Below are positions 26,301-40,100 of a stretch of DNA of 64,000 nt, piece by piece. Below the pieces are notes generated by a model. The model was given only the letters and a program-made list of their open reading frames with translations. It was not told the DNA's origin and made no database searches. This DNA comes from Tubulanus polymorphus (lineage: Eukaryota; Animalia; Nemertea): NCBI RefSeq assembly GCF_964204645.1, contig NC_134031.1:1798001-1862000 (forward strand), given 5' to 3'. Positions within the stretch are counted from its first letter, which is position 1. Every line of letters starts with the position of its first letter. The position numbers and the translations under genes are program-made.

Positions 26301-29300
26301 AATAACGCAAAATTAATTTCAAATTTAGTTGAATTCGTGAATGAGCAGCGAACTGTGGTAATTCAATGAGTAAACAGTACTAAGGCCTTTTTTTTTTAAT
26401 TGCTTGCAGCACGGATATTATTACCCAAAAAATGGAAGGGTGGAGGGAAAAAAATAAAGAATTAAAAAAATTTTTTTTCCAAAAGACCTTGTAAAAAGTG
26501 GATGGGTGAAGGGTAAAAAAATATTTAAAAAAATAATTTTATTTTTTTCCTTTCAAACAGGAGTTTCATCGCATAATCTGGAAGGGTGAAGGGAAGAAAA
26601 ACAAACAAAAAATAAAAATTTTCCCATTTATTGCCTGCTATTATGGGATATCCTGGAGGTATCAAAGAAAAGTACTAACCTTCACTTCAGGATATTGAGA
26701 CATTTCTAGTATGTATGATTTAGCTATGTCTCTATTACGCACGGCTGTGTCTCCTGATTTCTGTATTAAAGCTCGTATAGTTTTCTCAGCACACGTGTGT
26801 GTATCAGCTCTTGGAATCCTACAACAAACAAACAAACACCCAACATCAACAGGCTGAATGCAGCATACAAACCAGGGGCCGGTTGCTCAAAAGTTGGTTA
26901 GTGTTAACCAGTGGATAGTTGATGTGGTGACGATTGAAATTTCATCGTTACTATGGTATTTAACGGCCGGTTATCTTTAACCAACCTTTGAGCAACTGGT
27001 CCCAGGTAGTTCTGACAAATTGACTAACATTAGTCAAAAATCTAATTTAAACCGTTTAGACACATTCAAAATCTGTCATTGGATACATCTTTAAATGATC
27101 CAATAGTCTTCAATGAGGGTTCAGAGTGTATAAACCACGGAATGAAAAGAATGGCATGCTAAATCTTTGAAACAGGTCTGAAGCTTAGATCTAAGCTTTG
27201 ACAGCGCAACCGGCTCCAGGAATATACTCTCTCTCGAGCGCTTACTTGTGGTTGGGTACATATTCAACCAGCATATACTTCAACAAATTCAAAGCAGCTT
27301 TAAAAACCTAAAAAAAAACCAAAAAAACATTTAAGAAAAGCTGATTTAACAGCGCAAAGTTCCAAGCTAGGTTTCTTCCCAAAATCAACTGCTCACTGAT
27401 TACATTCTAGCAGCTACAGGCCTCACATTGTAGCTTTATGGTTACAACTGCTATTGGTAGATAAATGTGAGTAGTATTTCAGTTGAAATGTCAAAATCCT
27501 CAAACAGTTTTCCTCGATTGTGGACGAAAGTCACTTATCTATGGAAATCCACATTTATTAGAAATTCGACAACAACTTACAGCGAATACTTGATCTTTAA
27601 TTCCCTTCACGACGAGGAAACACGCCGCTCTAAACATCGCTTTACTGTCGTCTTTAGTGGCAGTCGTCGGTAGTTCACTCATCAGTTTATAGATGGCGAG
27701 TAAAGCGTCCTCTCTGAACGACCACGTTTTCGAATAAGCCTTCGAAACGAGCGGTAAACCGAACACATCGATCACCGAACCGGCTTCGCGGAGATCCTTC
27801 TCGTTCATCGGTTCCGGTTCACCGGTTAAACCTACGTAAAAACAAAACATGTCAAAATCACAAGAAATATTCCTAGCTTTTTATCATTTTGATTTTTAAA
27901 TCTTGAATAGGAGTGCAAGCAATGTGGACGAATTGAAGTTTTCAATGGAAATGCAATTATATTGTAACAAACCTATTTCATCTTCGTCATCAGGAATCGG
28001 TTGCCTGAAACATACAAAGAAATGTTGTTTAAACAGAGAGATTTTAATGATGATGTGAAAAATGAAGCAGAATTTCTCCTCGTCATGAGATCCACATCTC
28101 TGGAGGGGCTCAATTTACTAATATAAGGTGTACTATGACTAAGGTGCTTAGTTTGTGTATAGTTTTACTCCGGGGTCCTGGCAATGCTCCCTGGAAAATC
28201 TCTGAAATTTAGATGCAGAGAAATTCTATGGTTTCTGACATATTGGGGTAAAAAATAGATGAAATTCTTTCAGAACACCAGCAAATTTTGCTTCATTTTC
28301 CTGCAAATTTACTGGAATCGAGTAAATTTGGAACGACAAAAAAGTGTCAGCAATGAGTAAAAACCAGTAAACTTTGAAAACAATCGCAAGAGTTAAAACA
28401 AATAGGCAGACAAACAGAGTTCATACAACACTGATAAACATAACAACAAAAAAACACAAAAAAATGCTCAAATAATATTTCAGTTAATTCAAACGAAAAC
28501 CTTAGACAGTGAACAGAAAACATGAAAAAAAACAGGATAAAACATTTCATGCATGTCAAATTAGAGAACAGCAAACAAAATGTTCAGCGAAAACCAGCAC
28601 GGCACCAAAACATGATATCGACTTACGCGGCTATTTTAGGTAAAGGTCGGTCGGACTCTAGAGGAGGCAGTGGAGTAGGGGGAGATTGTTGTTTAGGAAC
28701 CGGTTCTCTAAAGTATAACAGCAAATAAAATACAACCATCAGATTCATTAGAAACAACATCAATAAAACTAGGAAGAGGTTTCTAATGCTATATAGGTTA
28801 GTTAGTGCACTATCTAGAGGTTAACAGTTCAGTGATATAATGGAATTACTAACTGTTAGATAAAATATTTCATCGAGGGCCGGGATTATAGACTGGTTTT
28901 TGATCTCGAAATAGGGAATCGTCCCTTTTATTCAAGTATTCGATTGATTTGACGACTATTTGGTATAAATAAACCTATCGCACCACAGATATGGTTGAAT
29001 ATTCAGTTGAATTTGCAGATCAGAGTACATAATTTCTGCATAGATTGGTTTTAAACCCCAAACACCATTTTAACAAATCAATCTGTTATGCCAGTCTACG
29101 AAATAAGGCCCTCTAATAATTTGAAATGAATTCATTTTGACTGAAATTAAATCCACATCGACTGAATTTTTGGTTACATGTGAAACTTACGCGTACATAT
29201 CGAGCGCGACTGGACTAGTATTGTGCGCTGCTTTACACGGTTTATCATCGAATGAAGCGAGTGATGAGGATGATTTAGCTGCTGCTGCTGCTGCGGTATT

Positions 29301-32300
29301 ATGCCGAGTTGGACGTACGGGTACCGGGGCGGTATTCTCCTCACCCCGCGCCGACCGAGTCAACAGGATCGACGAGTCTTCAGTTTCTAACGGTTTGTGA
29401 TGATGGTTTAATGATTGGTTAGACTGGACCGGTGGTAGAACATCTAAACTATTCATCAGTGTTAGAAATAATGATGTAAATATTATAGCTGTTAATTAGT
29501 GCAGTGCATGTTAGCCTGATTGTAACTCTAACTATTTATACGAAGGGCCAGTTGTACCGATAACGCTAGATTTAAGACCAGTCTTAGCCCACTTAGGTCT
29601 CCAGCCCATCTAACAACCAGCCCCCCGTGTAACTGAGATTTAACGCTGTAAAATTTCAGTTTGGTATAAGCAAGTTTCTAGACCCAGTGCAACCTCAAAA
29701 CCTCATCATTATTGATGTTATGTATATGATAATTAGTAGTGTATAGTGAAGTAAAACGTACTTTCTGATTGCAGGTAACGGACGGTCATCGTAATCAGTA
29801 AGAACTGGTGTTAATCTCGCAGGTGTATGAGATCGGTAATCTGTGTAACAAATACAAACAAACCAATTCAACATCTCTATTCAAACAACACACAGAGCAC
29901 ATTGGATAAATGACTCTCCGTCTGCCTCTACTCTCCATCGTCCAATTAAATATCATCACAGAACACAAACTGAACACATTGATAAACAACTCCCTATATT
30001 ATTACCTTGTCTCTAAGTGTCCCAACCCTCTTCAGCCTCTCTTCCTGTCTCTGCTCCTACTCCCTGTCTCTGTCTCAGCACCCTCCCACCTCTCTCCCTT
30101 TTGTCTCTGCTCCCTCCCATCTCTCCCTGTCTCTTCTACTCCTTATCCACTCTCTCGGTCACTTACTCACTCTCTCCCTCTCTCTTCCTATCTCTGCTGC
30201 TACTCCCTGTCTCTGTGTCTGTCTCAGCACCCTCCCACCTCTCTTCCTATCTCTGCTGCTACTCCCTGTCTCTGTGTCTGTCTCAGCACCCTCCCACCTC
30301 TCTTCCTATCTCTGCTGCTACTCCCTGTCTCTGTCTCAGCACCCTCCCACCTCTCTCCCTTTTGTCTCTGCTCCCTCCCATCTCTCCCTGTCTCTACTAC
30401 TCCTTATCCACTCTCTCGGTCACTTACTCACTCTCTCCCTCTCTCTTCCTCTCTCTGCTGCTACTCCCTGTCTCTGTGTCTGTCTCAGTACCCTCCCATC
30501 TCTCCCTGTCTCTACTACTCCTTATCCACTCTCTCGGTCACTTACTCACTCTCCCTCTCTCTTCCTATCTCTGCTGCTACTCCCTGTCTCTGTGTCTGTC
30601 TCAGTACCCTCCCACCTCTCTCCCTGTTTGTCTCTGCTCCCTCCCATCTCTCCCTGTCTCTTCTCCTACTCCATATCCCCTCTCCCGCTCACTTTCTCTC
30701 TCCCTTCCTCTTTCTCACCTATATCACTAACTACCGGATGTCTGGAGATGGTGAATTCTAATAGATCGTGTATTTCTAACTCTTTATAAACTTGTAATCG
30801 ATATTCATCCATTTGAACTTTCTTCAATTTTGCTTTGTCATAATCTTCATTTTCGACTGCCTGACGCTTCTCAACTTCGAAACGACCCAACTTTTCACCG
30901 ACCTACAAAAAACAATGCCAAATTTCAAACCTTATTCTCGAAAAACTCATTTTTCAGTAACAAAACTAAAGATTCACTATGCACTATTCACTGACCTTTT
31001 GAAGTTCTTGGATGGCGACTTTTAGTTTCTTCGCCAAATCAAATCTCTCTTCTGTTAAGATTTAAATGAAAGATTTGATTGAAAATAAACTAAATTTTGA
31101 TATTGAGTGACACACAATGTCTAGCAAGGAATAGGAACATTTTTTGCGCACAACAATCTGAGGGAGGTGCAATTTACTTTTCAAGATATTTGAATTTTAA
31201 CTTACCTAAAACTGCCTCTTGTTTTTTCACCTCTAATCGACGTATGATCTGAGCGACCTCCGGATCTTGGTACATATCGAACGCTAGATCGTCGAGTGGC
31301 GAAATATAATCGGGACGGCTGAAAATACCGGCTAGAACCGGATCAGTCTGTAGCATATCGTGCGGCTCAGTCGGTAAATATACCTACAAATAAATATCAG
31401 AGATCGGGGATTCCACTTATGGCAAGTGAGGATCTACCAGGTGGCACTAGTGTGCATAGGACAATGAGCCGGATTTCTTCTCGGATTCAATTAGAATCTT
31501 AAATTCTAATGAATGACAAGTAAAGAAAAACTGTGCCATGACCAATCTGAGTTCATCTAGAGGTTGTCTGTCTACAGGCTGGGAGAGGCTCAAAATCTTG
31601 ATGAAAGTTGATTGTAAATTCACTAAATATTGATTGAATTGTCTTATTATTGATATGAACGCCATCTAGTGGGATAGCTGGAGCAGCACTGGGTTTTTAT
31701 TGATCATGAATATTTAGGAAGCTTCCTTTTCTTTAACAAGACTGCGTTTAAATAGACTCACAGAATCAGGATCTGATTTCACTTCATCTCCGATAACATT
31801 GATAGCCACGATACTGATCTAAAACCGACAAAACAGAACGAATAACAATTGATGAAATACTACAAGTCAATATTGTAATGATGACATAGAAATCCCACAC
31901 TGAGAGTCAAAACAGTCCTTGACTACACAGTTTATTCAACGTTTTTACTGTATCTTGATAGTCATCTTCAGGAATACTGTATTCCTTTTCGACTATATCC
32001 TAATAGTCTTCTTCAGGAATACTGTATTCCTTTTCGACTATATCCTAATAGTCTTCTTCAGGAATACTGTATTCCTTTTCGACTATATCCTAATAGTCTT
32101 CTTCAGGAATACTGTATTCCTTTTCGACTATATCCTAATAGTCTTCTTCAGGAATACTGTATTCCTTTTCGACTATATCCTAATAGTCATCTTCAGGAAT
32201 ACTGTATTCCTTGAGCTGAGTTGTTCAACATTTCAACTATATTCTTATAGTCATCTGAATATCAGCTCTGTATACTGAATACCGGTAATTACGCTGTTTT

Positions 32301-33507
32301 TACCTGATTATATAAATTGTGTTTGTTTACATGGTTTTTGTGTATGACCAATTTAAGATACATGCCGATAGCATCGACGTGAACGGACTTTAATTCCCTC
32401 GCTTTAAATCCGGTTTTTTCATTGTCAGACAGCGCCACATACCTACAAAAATTAAAACCATAAATCAGCGTACTACAATGTATATCAAGTTTGAAATTGT
32501 TAAAAATCTAGAGTTCCACAGTAAAACGTACCCTAGTCTGGTATATCTGGCGTTCTGTAACGATACCGGCGTGCCTTCAGGTACATCACCAACATAAAAC
32601 TCTACTTTAGTGGCTATTAATTATAAAGCACATCCAACATAAAGAATAGGATCATTCGTTAATCACATTTGAATTTTTCAACCCCAATGTACTTCAACAC
32701 ATCTCAGTATGGCTCTCAGAAAGCAAAACTTCTAAAAAAATTTTCGCCTAGCTAAATTCCCGGAACTGTACTTGAGGTATTTCAGTACGTGCTTGCACTT
32801 AACCTCCCCTCCCAAAATGAAGCTTTAAGGCTTGCTTTATACAAATCCCATGCATTATGGATCTCCTCCAAACGCACTCCACCCTGTTGCCTCATCAGGG
32901 CAAACTTGCAACTATTGTGATACAGAAACAAAATAGCCTATCAGTCGCATATAACTATTTACCGATTAGATATTGATGTGAAAGTAGTTGTATTTTACGA
33001 AGTCGACATCTTTTCTCTAATTGAATCACTAGATCTTGAGGATATAAACAAAACCTACAAAAACAACAAAATGACGAGACGCAATTGAATCGACGTGAAT
33101 CTATCAGCGGAAAGGTAAGAGTTGGCTAGTATAGGGTACGAGTTGACCTGGGTACGAGGTGACATCATTTCATTTTCTATCAAATCAGTCAAGAAATTTA
33201 ATCTATCTCTGTCATTAAACAAGATCTTTCTACGATTGGCATAAACCTCAACGATAGAACATCGGATATTGAAATCCTAAAACAAATTACTACAGATTGT
33301 TAGCAGTTGAGAAATAAAGTACACAACATCTTGGCGCTGATGATGATGATCTGTCATAATTTGATAATATTTTCTGAAAGTCGAGAAATTTAACCTTTGC
33401 GATTGCCATCCCTTAGTAATTGGACTGTGAGTGTTTAATTCAGCGGCTTTATGTAAATCATCCTGACCAGAGACGTGTATCACATGGAACGGGACCTTGC
33501 GAGGCAT
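23332..33507 (-). CDS. CEP104: Centrosomal protein 104 kDa (jelly-roll domain, coiled coil, TOG domain, C2HC Zn fingers); ~23 coding exons
   Basis: MPRKVPFHVIHVSGQDD..AAELNTHSP..KGWQSQR|FCLYPQDLVIQL; 'KARELKSVHVDA'; 'ISPLDDLAFDMYQDPEVAQIIRRL'; 'YDDRPLPAIR'; 'AYSKTWSFREDALL'; 'CIFCGEKDESF...LDMHYWKSCPML'; 'CPLCHNNIPPGEEGWKEHLM'. Example exons: 33395-33507, 32963-33054, 32532-32613, 32304-32442, 31762-31818, 31206-31383, 30996-31051, 30719-30902, 29762-29840, 27581-27831, last 23332-23408. Confidence 0.96.
24513..24667. mobile_element. Tc1/mariner (pogo/Tigger-like) MITE
   Basis: TA|CAGTCAACCCCCGAT ... ATAGGGGGTGGACTG|TA. Confidence 0.7.
26876..27002. mobile_element. Short MITE with inverted termini
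   Basis: cag|gggccggttgctcaaaagttggtta ... taaccaacctttgagcaactggtcc|cag. Confidence 0.6.
30037..30716. repeat. Composite pyrimidine-rich (CT) minisatellite in a CEP104 intron
   Basis: Nested repeats of ctctgctgctactccctgtctctgtgtctgtctcagcaccctcccacctctc with a higher-order duplication. All three plus frames are open because the strand lacks stop codons. Confidence 0.9.
31958..32212. repeat. 45-bp tandem repeat x ~5.5
   Basis: Unit atagtcttcttcaggaatactgtattccttttcgactatatccta, in a CEP104 intron. Confidence 0.95.
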
Positions 33508-33699
33508 CTTCGATGTTTATTCGTCTTCGCGCTAAGCCTAAAATAAAAGTGAATTGAATTTGAATTGGTTTGAATGAAATCGGGGAAATTGCTGCGATTA
33601 TTCGTGAATATGAACGATCAAAAATCAAACAACGCAATTAAGACATAGTGGAATAAGACGTTCCATTCGTAAACTTCTTACAATCTAGATTTACGGCTG

Positions 33700-34190
33700 T
33701 TTTATTTCAATTTATTGGACTTTTTATCATCGTTTCACTATTTGTTTGTGTACACTTGCGACCAGACGCATGCGCAATAGAGCAGTGCCTGAAATCATAC
33801 TAATTATATCCCAGCACCGATGATAGATTTTAGTTTGCCAATGCCATAGCGAGTTCCGCGTAAAAGCCACACTTAGCATAGACTGATTCGAGCATGATTA
33901 AATATATGATGATGGCGAATTGAAAATAGCTACTGAGTTCTGGAAAATGGGAAAAATAGCAGTAGTGACAGGCAACCAATCAAATTTTCGCAGGTAACCC
34001 GTCTATTTAGATGCTGCTAAAATGTGGATGTGGAATTTACTGGCTTCTGGCAAACGTAAAACGAGGATATGGATTGACTTCTGGCTCAAATTACTTCCGG
34101 GTTAGACGCTTATCAAAATAAATATTGTGAAATCTCGATCCCGGTGAAATGTTTGGTTATTGAAGAGTTGATGTGATATTTCACCGAGAC
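33700..34190. promoter_or_regulatory. Putative bidirectional promoter between CEP104 and the PLEKHM1-like gene
   Basis: Divergent ATGs 685 bp apart; NRF1-like CGCATGCGCA at 33767-33776 and ETS ACTTCCGG at 34093-34100. Confidence 0.6.
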
Positions 34191-34191
34191 G

Positions 34192-37100
34192 ATGAGTTTA
34201 TTCGGAAGTAAAGGTAAATGTTTAACTAATAACTCTCACCTGACAAACTCGTTTATGTATTGAAATCATGATTTGTTCGTTGTTGTTGTTCTGTGTGTGT
34301 GTACAGACCAGTCACACAGTGACACTGACTGACAGTGACTGGTCGTGGACCATCACACACCATGATCAGCTGATTGAATGCTCGTGATCGTCCGTGAAAG
34401 TCTACCGTTTATTTCGGAGATATAGATTCAACTCAAAAGGTCTACTCAGCAGTAACCTGTCTGTCGTATAGTTTCTTCATGAAAACCCATCTGATAAAAA
34501 AAATGCTCCCCACCAGTACCAGTTACTGACTAGATGTGTCACACGTCTGCACCGGATTGCGATAATTTGATTTCAGGACCGACCCCTCAAGAGGAGAAGA
34601 AAGCTCGCATTGTGAAGGCAAATTTGGTCGAGCATTTAGGACAGGCTTTACAACTGATGCAGATGAACCATATTCAATCAGAGGATCCTATATACAGGTA
34701 GGTTTACACCTAGTTCCAAAATAACGGCTTTAAAAAACCAGTCAGTTTTTCACCGGCATCTCCCCAATGGGTGGTGGGTTTGAATAGGGTTCAAAGGCTG
34801 GTGATTCCAGTTTCTGCAATGGCCTTTCTCCACTTAAGGCCAAATAAAAAAAATTAGTTGTTTATCGTCCCCGCCCGTCCCTACGAAAAATACCCGACCC
34901 AATGTTTTTTTTTTTTTATTGTGTTCTATTTTGGTTCCAATCGAAAATATTTGCCATAGCTACCGTTTCATGTCGATTGTAGGACAGTATAGCAGCAAAC
35001 AAAACGATTTATCGTTCGACGAAGTACGTTCACTGAATAACAAATTGAAGTCAATATTCAGTTATAGAGCGTACACAGCGTGGATTACCGGTTGTGGAGC
35101 ATATTTAGAGCGATTTTAAAATCTAAGTTAATAAAGTTCTATGAATTGAATTGTATTTGTATTGCTTGTGGCGCCACACTTCCAGTCGATGGAAAACATG
35201 CTTTATTTTATCAATCGTATATCATTTACAACACTCGATCTAAAATAAAAGATAAAAAAAAAAACCTCCCGGCCGACCCAAGCTTTTTGAAAAAAAGGAT
35301 GATAAACAACTAATTTTTTTTATTTGGCCTAATCATATAAGGAACATTGAAGCAGCTTTATAATACCCCAGTGGTGCAAAAAATGTCAGGCTTTAGGATT
35401 AGGTATAAGATATGTATATGAATTTATTTTTCAGTGGTGACAGCGCTAACGCAGTTTGTAATGTACTCGAAGCGATTTTCTTACACGAAATCAAAGAACA
35501 AAGTTTCAATTTTTCCTCCTATTTCGCCGCTTCATCGGACAAAATTCAAGACGTCGTAAGCAAATTTTTCGCGTAATTTTCGTCGATTCGCACGAATAAG
35601 CGCGATAAATGCTGTAATTGGTTTTCTTTTATTTCCGTAGAATTTTTGGTCGTTTTTGAAGAAGTTTACGCATAAAGGTGTCGTATCGCAACTAGAAAAC
35701 CTCTCACAAATCGAAACCGACATCGGACGCTGCCGGGTACGGTTACACCTTACTGTCATCAAGATTACTAATTATAATTAGTTAATGTGTAGGTTGCGAA
35801 TAAAGATTAAAGACACAAGCGTCAAACCCACAATGAAAAAACTCAAAGATTTGAAACATCGAAAAATTTATTCAAAACTGAATTTTTCAACGGAATATCT
35901 TCATCAACTAATGACTATTGTACATAATATGAAGAAGAAACTATTAGAAGAACTATAATTTAGAAGTTATTGCACGTCTTACTATAAAGGATTGACCGGT
36001 GATGAGTCAATAAAACATTATGATTTAGTTATGATAACCTTATCATTCTTCATAACTTGAATAATTTAGTAAAATGATGCCACAAGTTGAGCTGATTTGA
36101 ACGTTGATGTTTGATATTTCTAGGCGTGGTTACGACTGGCTATGAACGATGGTTTAATCGAGAGCTATGTGGATGCTATGATCGCTGATAAGAGAACCCT
36201 CAGGTATTTCGGACAAACGCCGAACTTTGCTCCAACTCCTAAAGCAGTAGTGGATCAATTTTGAAAAATGTTAGATACATGTTCTGAGATATTACACGCT
36301 CAAACATTAAGTCCAGCTTGATTGTCCTGACACTAAAAGGAGCACGTCATGAGCCCCAGTGTTCAATGGTCGATTTTCACTCATTATGACTGAACTTTAT
36401 GTTATTTTCAATTGTACTTAAGTGATATTCTATTTTGTTCACAGAACGTACTATAGATCGACGTCATTTCTACGAGACAACGAAAGACCAGATATACTGA
36501 AAACCTATCTACAAGGTACATGAAACTTGAAACGTACCGGAACTGAAGATCCTGTTCGACCTGTTCTCAGTTTGAATCTAGAATTACGGTAGTTGATTAT
36601 TTTCGATGTTTCTGTGATGTAGGTCTGAATCAGTTTGTGTTTCAATTGTCGCACAACTCGAGCATGCTGAATATTTGGACGCATACGCCGCTGATTCTCG
36701 CCGGTTTGGTCATCGCGAATGAAACTCCGAATGCGGTGGTCGTGAAACCAACGCCAGGTAAATTCTTTAAACGTCTTGAATTATATCTCAAACCGTAGAT
36801 GAATACAGGATGGCCACTTACCTGGAAATCAGGGAAATTTTTTTTTTAAAGTCTGGGAATTTTGTAAAAAAGCTGAAAACCAGGGAAAGGTCGCGGAAAT
36901 TTGTTGAGATTGCTAGATCGTAAAATCAAACAGTTTCCATCTATGTTTTACGTATTTGACTGTGTTAATTGATTGCATTCTTAGCAGATCAAATCAGGGG
37001 AAAAGAAGCAGGTTAAATGAAAGCAGCCACTTGTTGGAAATTTACTTAAAATCAAAAATCTACTCCGCAATTATATTTCGAATAATTAAAGTTATTTAAA

Positions 37101-40100
37101 ACGAATTTTCAGATCTGTCGATTACGAAGCGTAAAGTTTCCGACGCGCGAATCGTTGATTTAGGACGGAATAAAAATAGTTTGGACTCCGCGTCGGTTCC
37201 GAACAAGAAAAACACTAAAACGGATCAAGATTCGACAACAAAACATATCGATTTACCCGACGCGCAGGTTCCCGATATTCGAATAGACTCTACGACGACA
37301 ACGACTGATGACGATTCGTTAAAATCAACAACGCAAAATGCCGGTGAAGATTTCATAACGCCCCCGAACACTCCGCACGAGGTATCCGTACTTCTGAATC
37401 GGAGTTTAGAAGAATTGAACGTAGCAGGCATCGCCGCCTCCCGGGAGCCACAACGACTAGCATCGTTCGAATCTAGTCCGACGTCGACGCCTCCGAACAC
37501 TCCTTACGGCACGGTTTACCTGACGAAAGAGGTTTTATTGCGAAACGTGGCCGAGGATATCGCGAATTCTAGAGTATTGAGCGATCGGAATTCGAGTTTA
37601 AAAACTTCGCAACAACGAAATAATTTCAAAGCTGACGATTTAAATGATAATACAATCGTGAAATCTGCGAACGATCAGAATATCGGTTTAAAAGATTCTG
37701 AGCAGCAACAACGAGAAATCGATCCTGAAGTTAATGATGACACAATTGTGAAATCTGAGGAGGATCAGAATGAATCGAGTTATCATAATACGGGTTTAAA
37801 AGATTTGAAGCCAGAACGACAAATTGATCTCGAAGCAGAAGATTTCAATGATAACACTAGTCCGGCGACAGACGTGGAAATATCGCAACTTCGTAGTTCA
37901 CCGCTGATTCCGACAGTCGAATCGTTGCTATCGAGCGGATCGGACTATCAGACGGCGACCTCTAATTCTAGTCAACCGTTAACGCCGACGAATACTCCGT
38001 TCGATCCGTCGCCGCTGAGAGGTTTAAGTACGACCGATGAATTTGAATCTTTGACGCGAAAACTCGAAAAAGATTTGAATGAACGGGATGCGCAATCAGC
38101 GATTGAGGGTAAACTTTTAAATTCAGAATTTCTTCTCTTGTTCAGTTTCGTCGAAAAGTTCGTTCTTTTTAGAAACTTTTCTGCTTTTTCGATTCGGAAT
38201 TTCTCTGCATTAAGAATATTTCATTCTCTTGCCCACCAGACCCCTTGTCTATGACCTTGCCTTGAAGAAGTCCTTGTGCATTTCGTGCGTTTGAATATTT
38301 CAATTTTTGAATATTTCAGTGGATTTGAATTCTGCAGCGACTGAAGTTGAAAATACAAATTCTTCATCGCCTGAGGAATTGGAAGTAGCGCAGGATGCTT
38401 GCCTCGATTACGCCTCCGGTAGCCCAACAGAGGGTGCCACTGCTGACAAACAGTCAGCATTTCCGACACGAAATCGTCGCCGTTCTGACCCGGTACCACC
38501 GCAGGTATCGCCGGCCATCGCCTGGGCAACGAAAGACGAAGGTTACATTTTACGAGCCGTCGAGAAATTACGTGACTCGGCGAACTCGCTGTCTCAGAAT
38601 ATCTTCGGCGGAGATAGTGAGACGAACCGGGACGAGGATGCTGCGCGTGACGACGCATCCGGGAGTTTTAAAGGCAATAAATTAGGATTGGACGATATGA
38701 TGGGTTGGTCATCAGCGCCGCTGGACACCGGTTCTTCATCCGCGCAGAGTTTACAAACTGAGAATGAACCGATTGATTCAAATAGTCTCGAGCAAACTTT
38801 ATCATTATCCAATAGTCAAGATCACCCCAACACGGGTAAGTTCTGAAGTTGTTCACCAGGGGGCATTGATGTGAAGGGACCCTGTCAAGCATACAAGGTG
38901 TCCCTGGACCCCAAGTTTCCTAGTGCGTTATTGCGCTAACACCTTCTCTTAATGTGTGTATAATGAATTAATGACCCCTAATTTCTCGTTAAAGATGAAA
39001 GTTATAATACACTGTTGAAAGATTACGCGACGCCATCAATTACGATACCAGCTCCAACAATTAGCAGCGTTATCGAAAACCTGACGGCAAACTCGCCAAC
39101 CGGGTCTGCAAAATCAATTCCCAAAAATAAAGTAAGATCTTCTGATTTCGTTTTGAGAATGTTGTATAATCCGATCCTCGAATGACAGAGATTCGAACCT
39201 GACGGCATCGAGAGACCATGTTACCCGCTCATTCGGGCTAATCAGACAGAGATTCGAACCTGATGCCATCGGGTTTGAATTCCTGCCAGGTTGGATGTAT
39301 AATCCAGGATCCAGTTTCACAGTTGTGGGTTGAAATCTGACTCGTTGAAAATGAACTGATTCTAACTCATTGAGTTAATATTTAACTCAGATATATAAGT
39401 AGCTATTTTAGCAGTCTTATGGGTAGACCCATGCGCCACTGGACCCAAAGACCCAAAATTAGATGGAATAATTGATATAATATGATATTACATATGATAT
39501 TAAACTTTGTTATGTTCCTGATGGATGGAATCTGGTAGGCCTACTACTAGAGTTAGTGCTAGTTCTCCACCTACAGATGGTTAAATTATTCAAGTCATTT
39601 TCAAATATTTTTCAAATTTTAACTAGAGAACTGTGGCACTAGAATAATCAAAATGTGTTGAATTACTTAATCCAGATTACTGAGTGCAAATGAGATGACA
39701 TTATAAACATGTAACATTTTGTATTTTAAGTATGTACACATATAGATTTTATCCAACACTCCTTATGCTGATCACAAAAACTTGGGAATTTTGAAGTTAT
39801 GTAACAGTTGGAACAATGCACCCATGTGTACATACTTTCTGGGCAGCATCTAATCAAAAGATCAGATAACCAAAACCGTATAGACCCGAGAGATCACAAA
39901 TTCAGATACGATTGAATGATTTTATTGTAGCCGAATGCACAAATCAATGAAAATCCGGCCGATTTTGAGGTGATCCCATTTTCGGCCTCAATCACATCTC
40001 ACAATGCTGAACCAGTAAGTTTAAACCAGTAAATTTGATAATCGCCCAGCTGAATATTCTGTTTTAATTTGCTATTGATCTGCGGTAAAATACCGGTAGT

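Noticed and set aside
29910-30789. Three long overlapping plus-strand ORFs (237-283 aa)
   Set aside because: Artefact of a CT-rich minisatellite lacking stop codons, antisense within a CEP104 intron.
31919-32278. 119-aa repetitive ORF / CRISPR-like periodicity
   Set aside because: Pure 45-bp tandem repeat with no unique spacers, in a eukaryotic intron.
37181-38846. 357-aa and 179-aa ORFs as independent genes
   Set aside because: They are internal linker exons of the PLEKHM1-like gene with in-phase splice sites.
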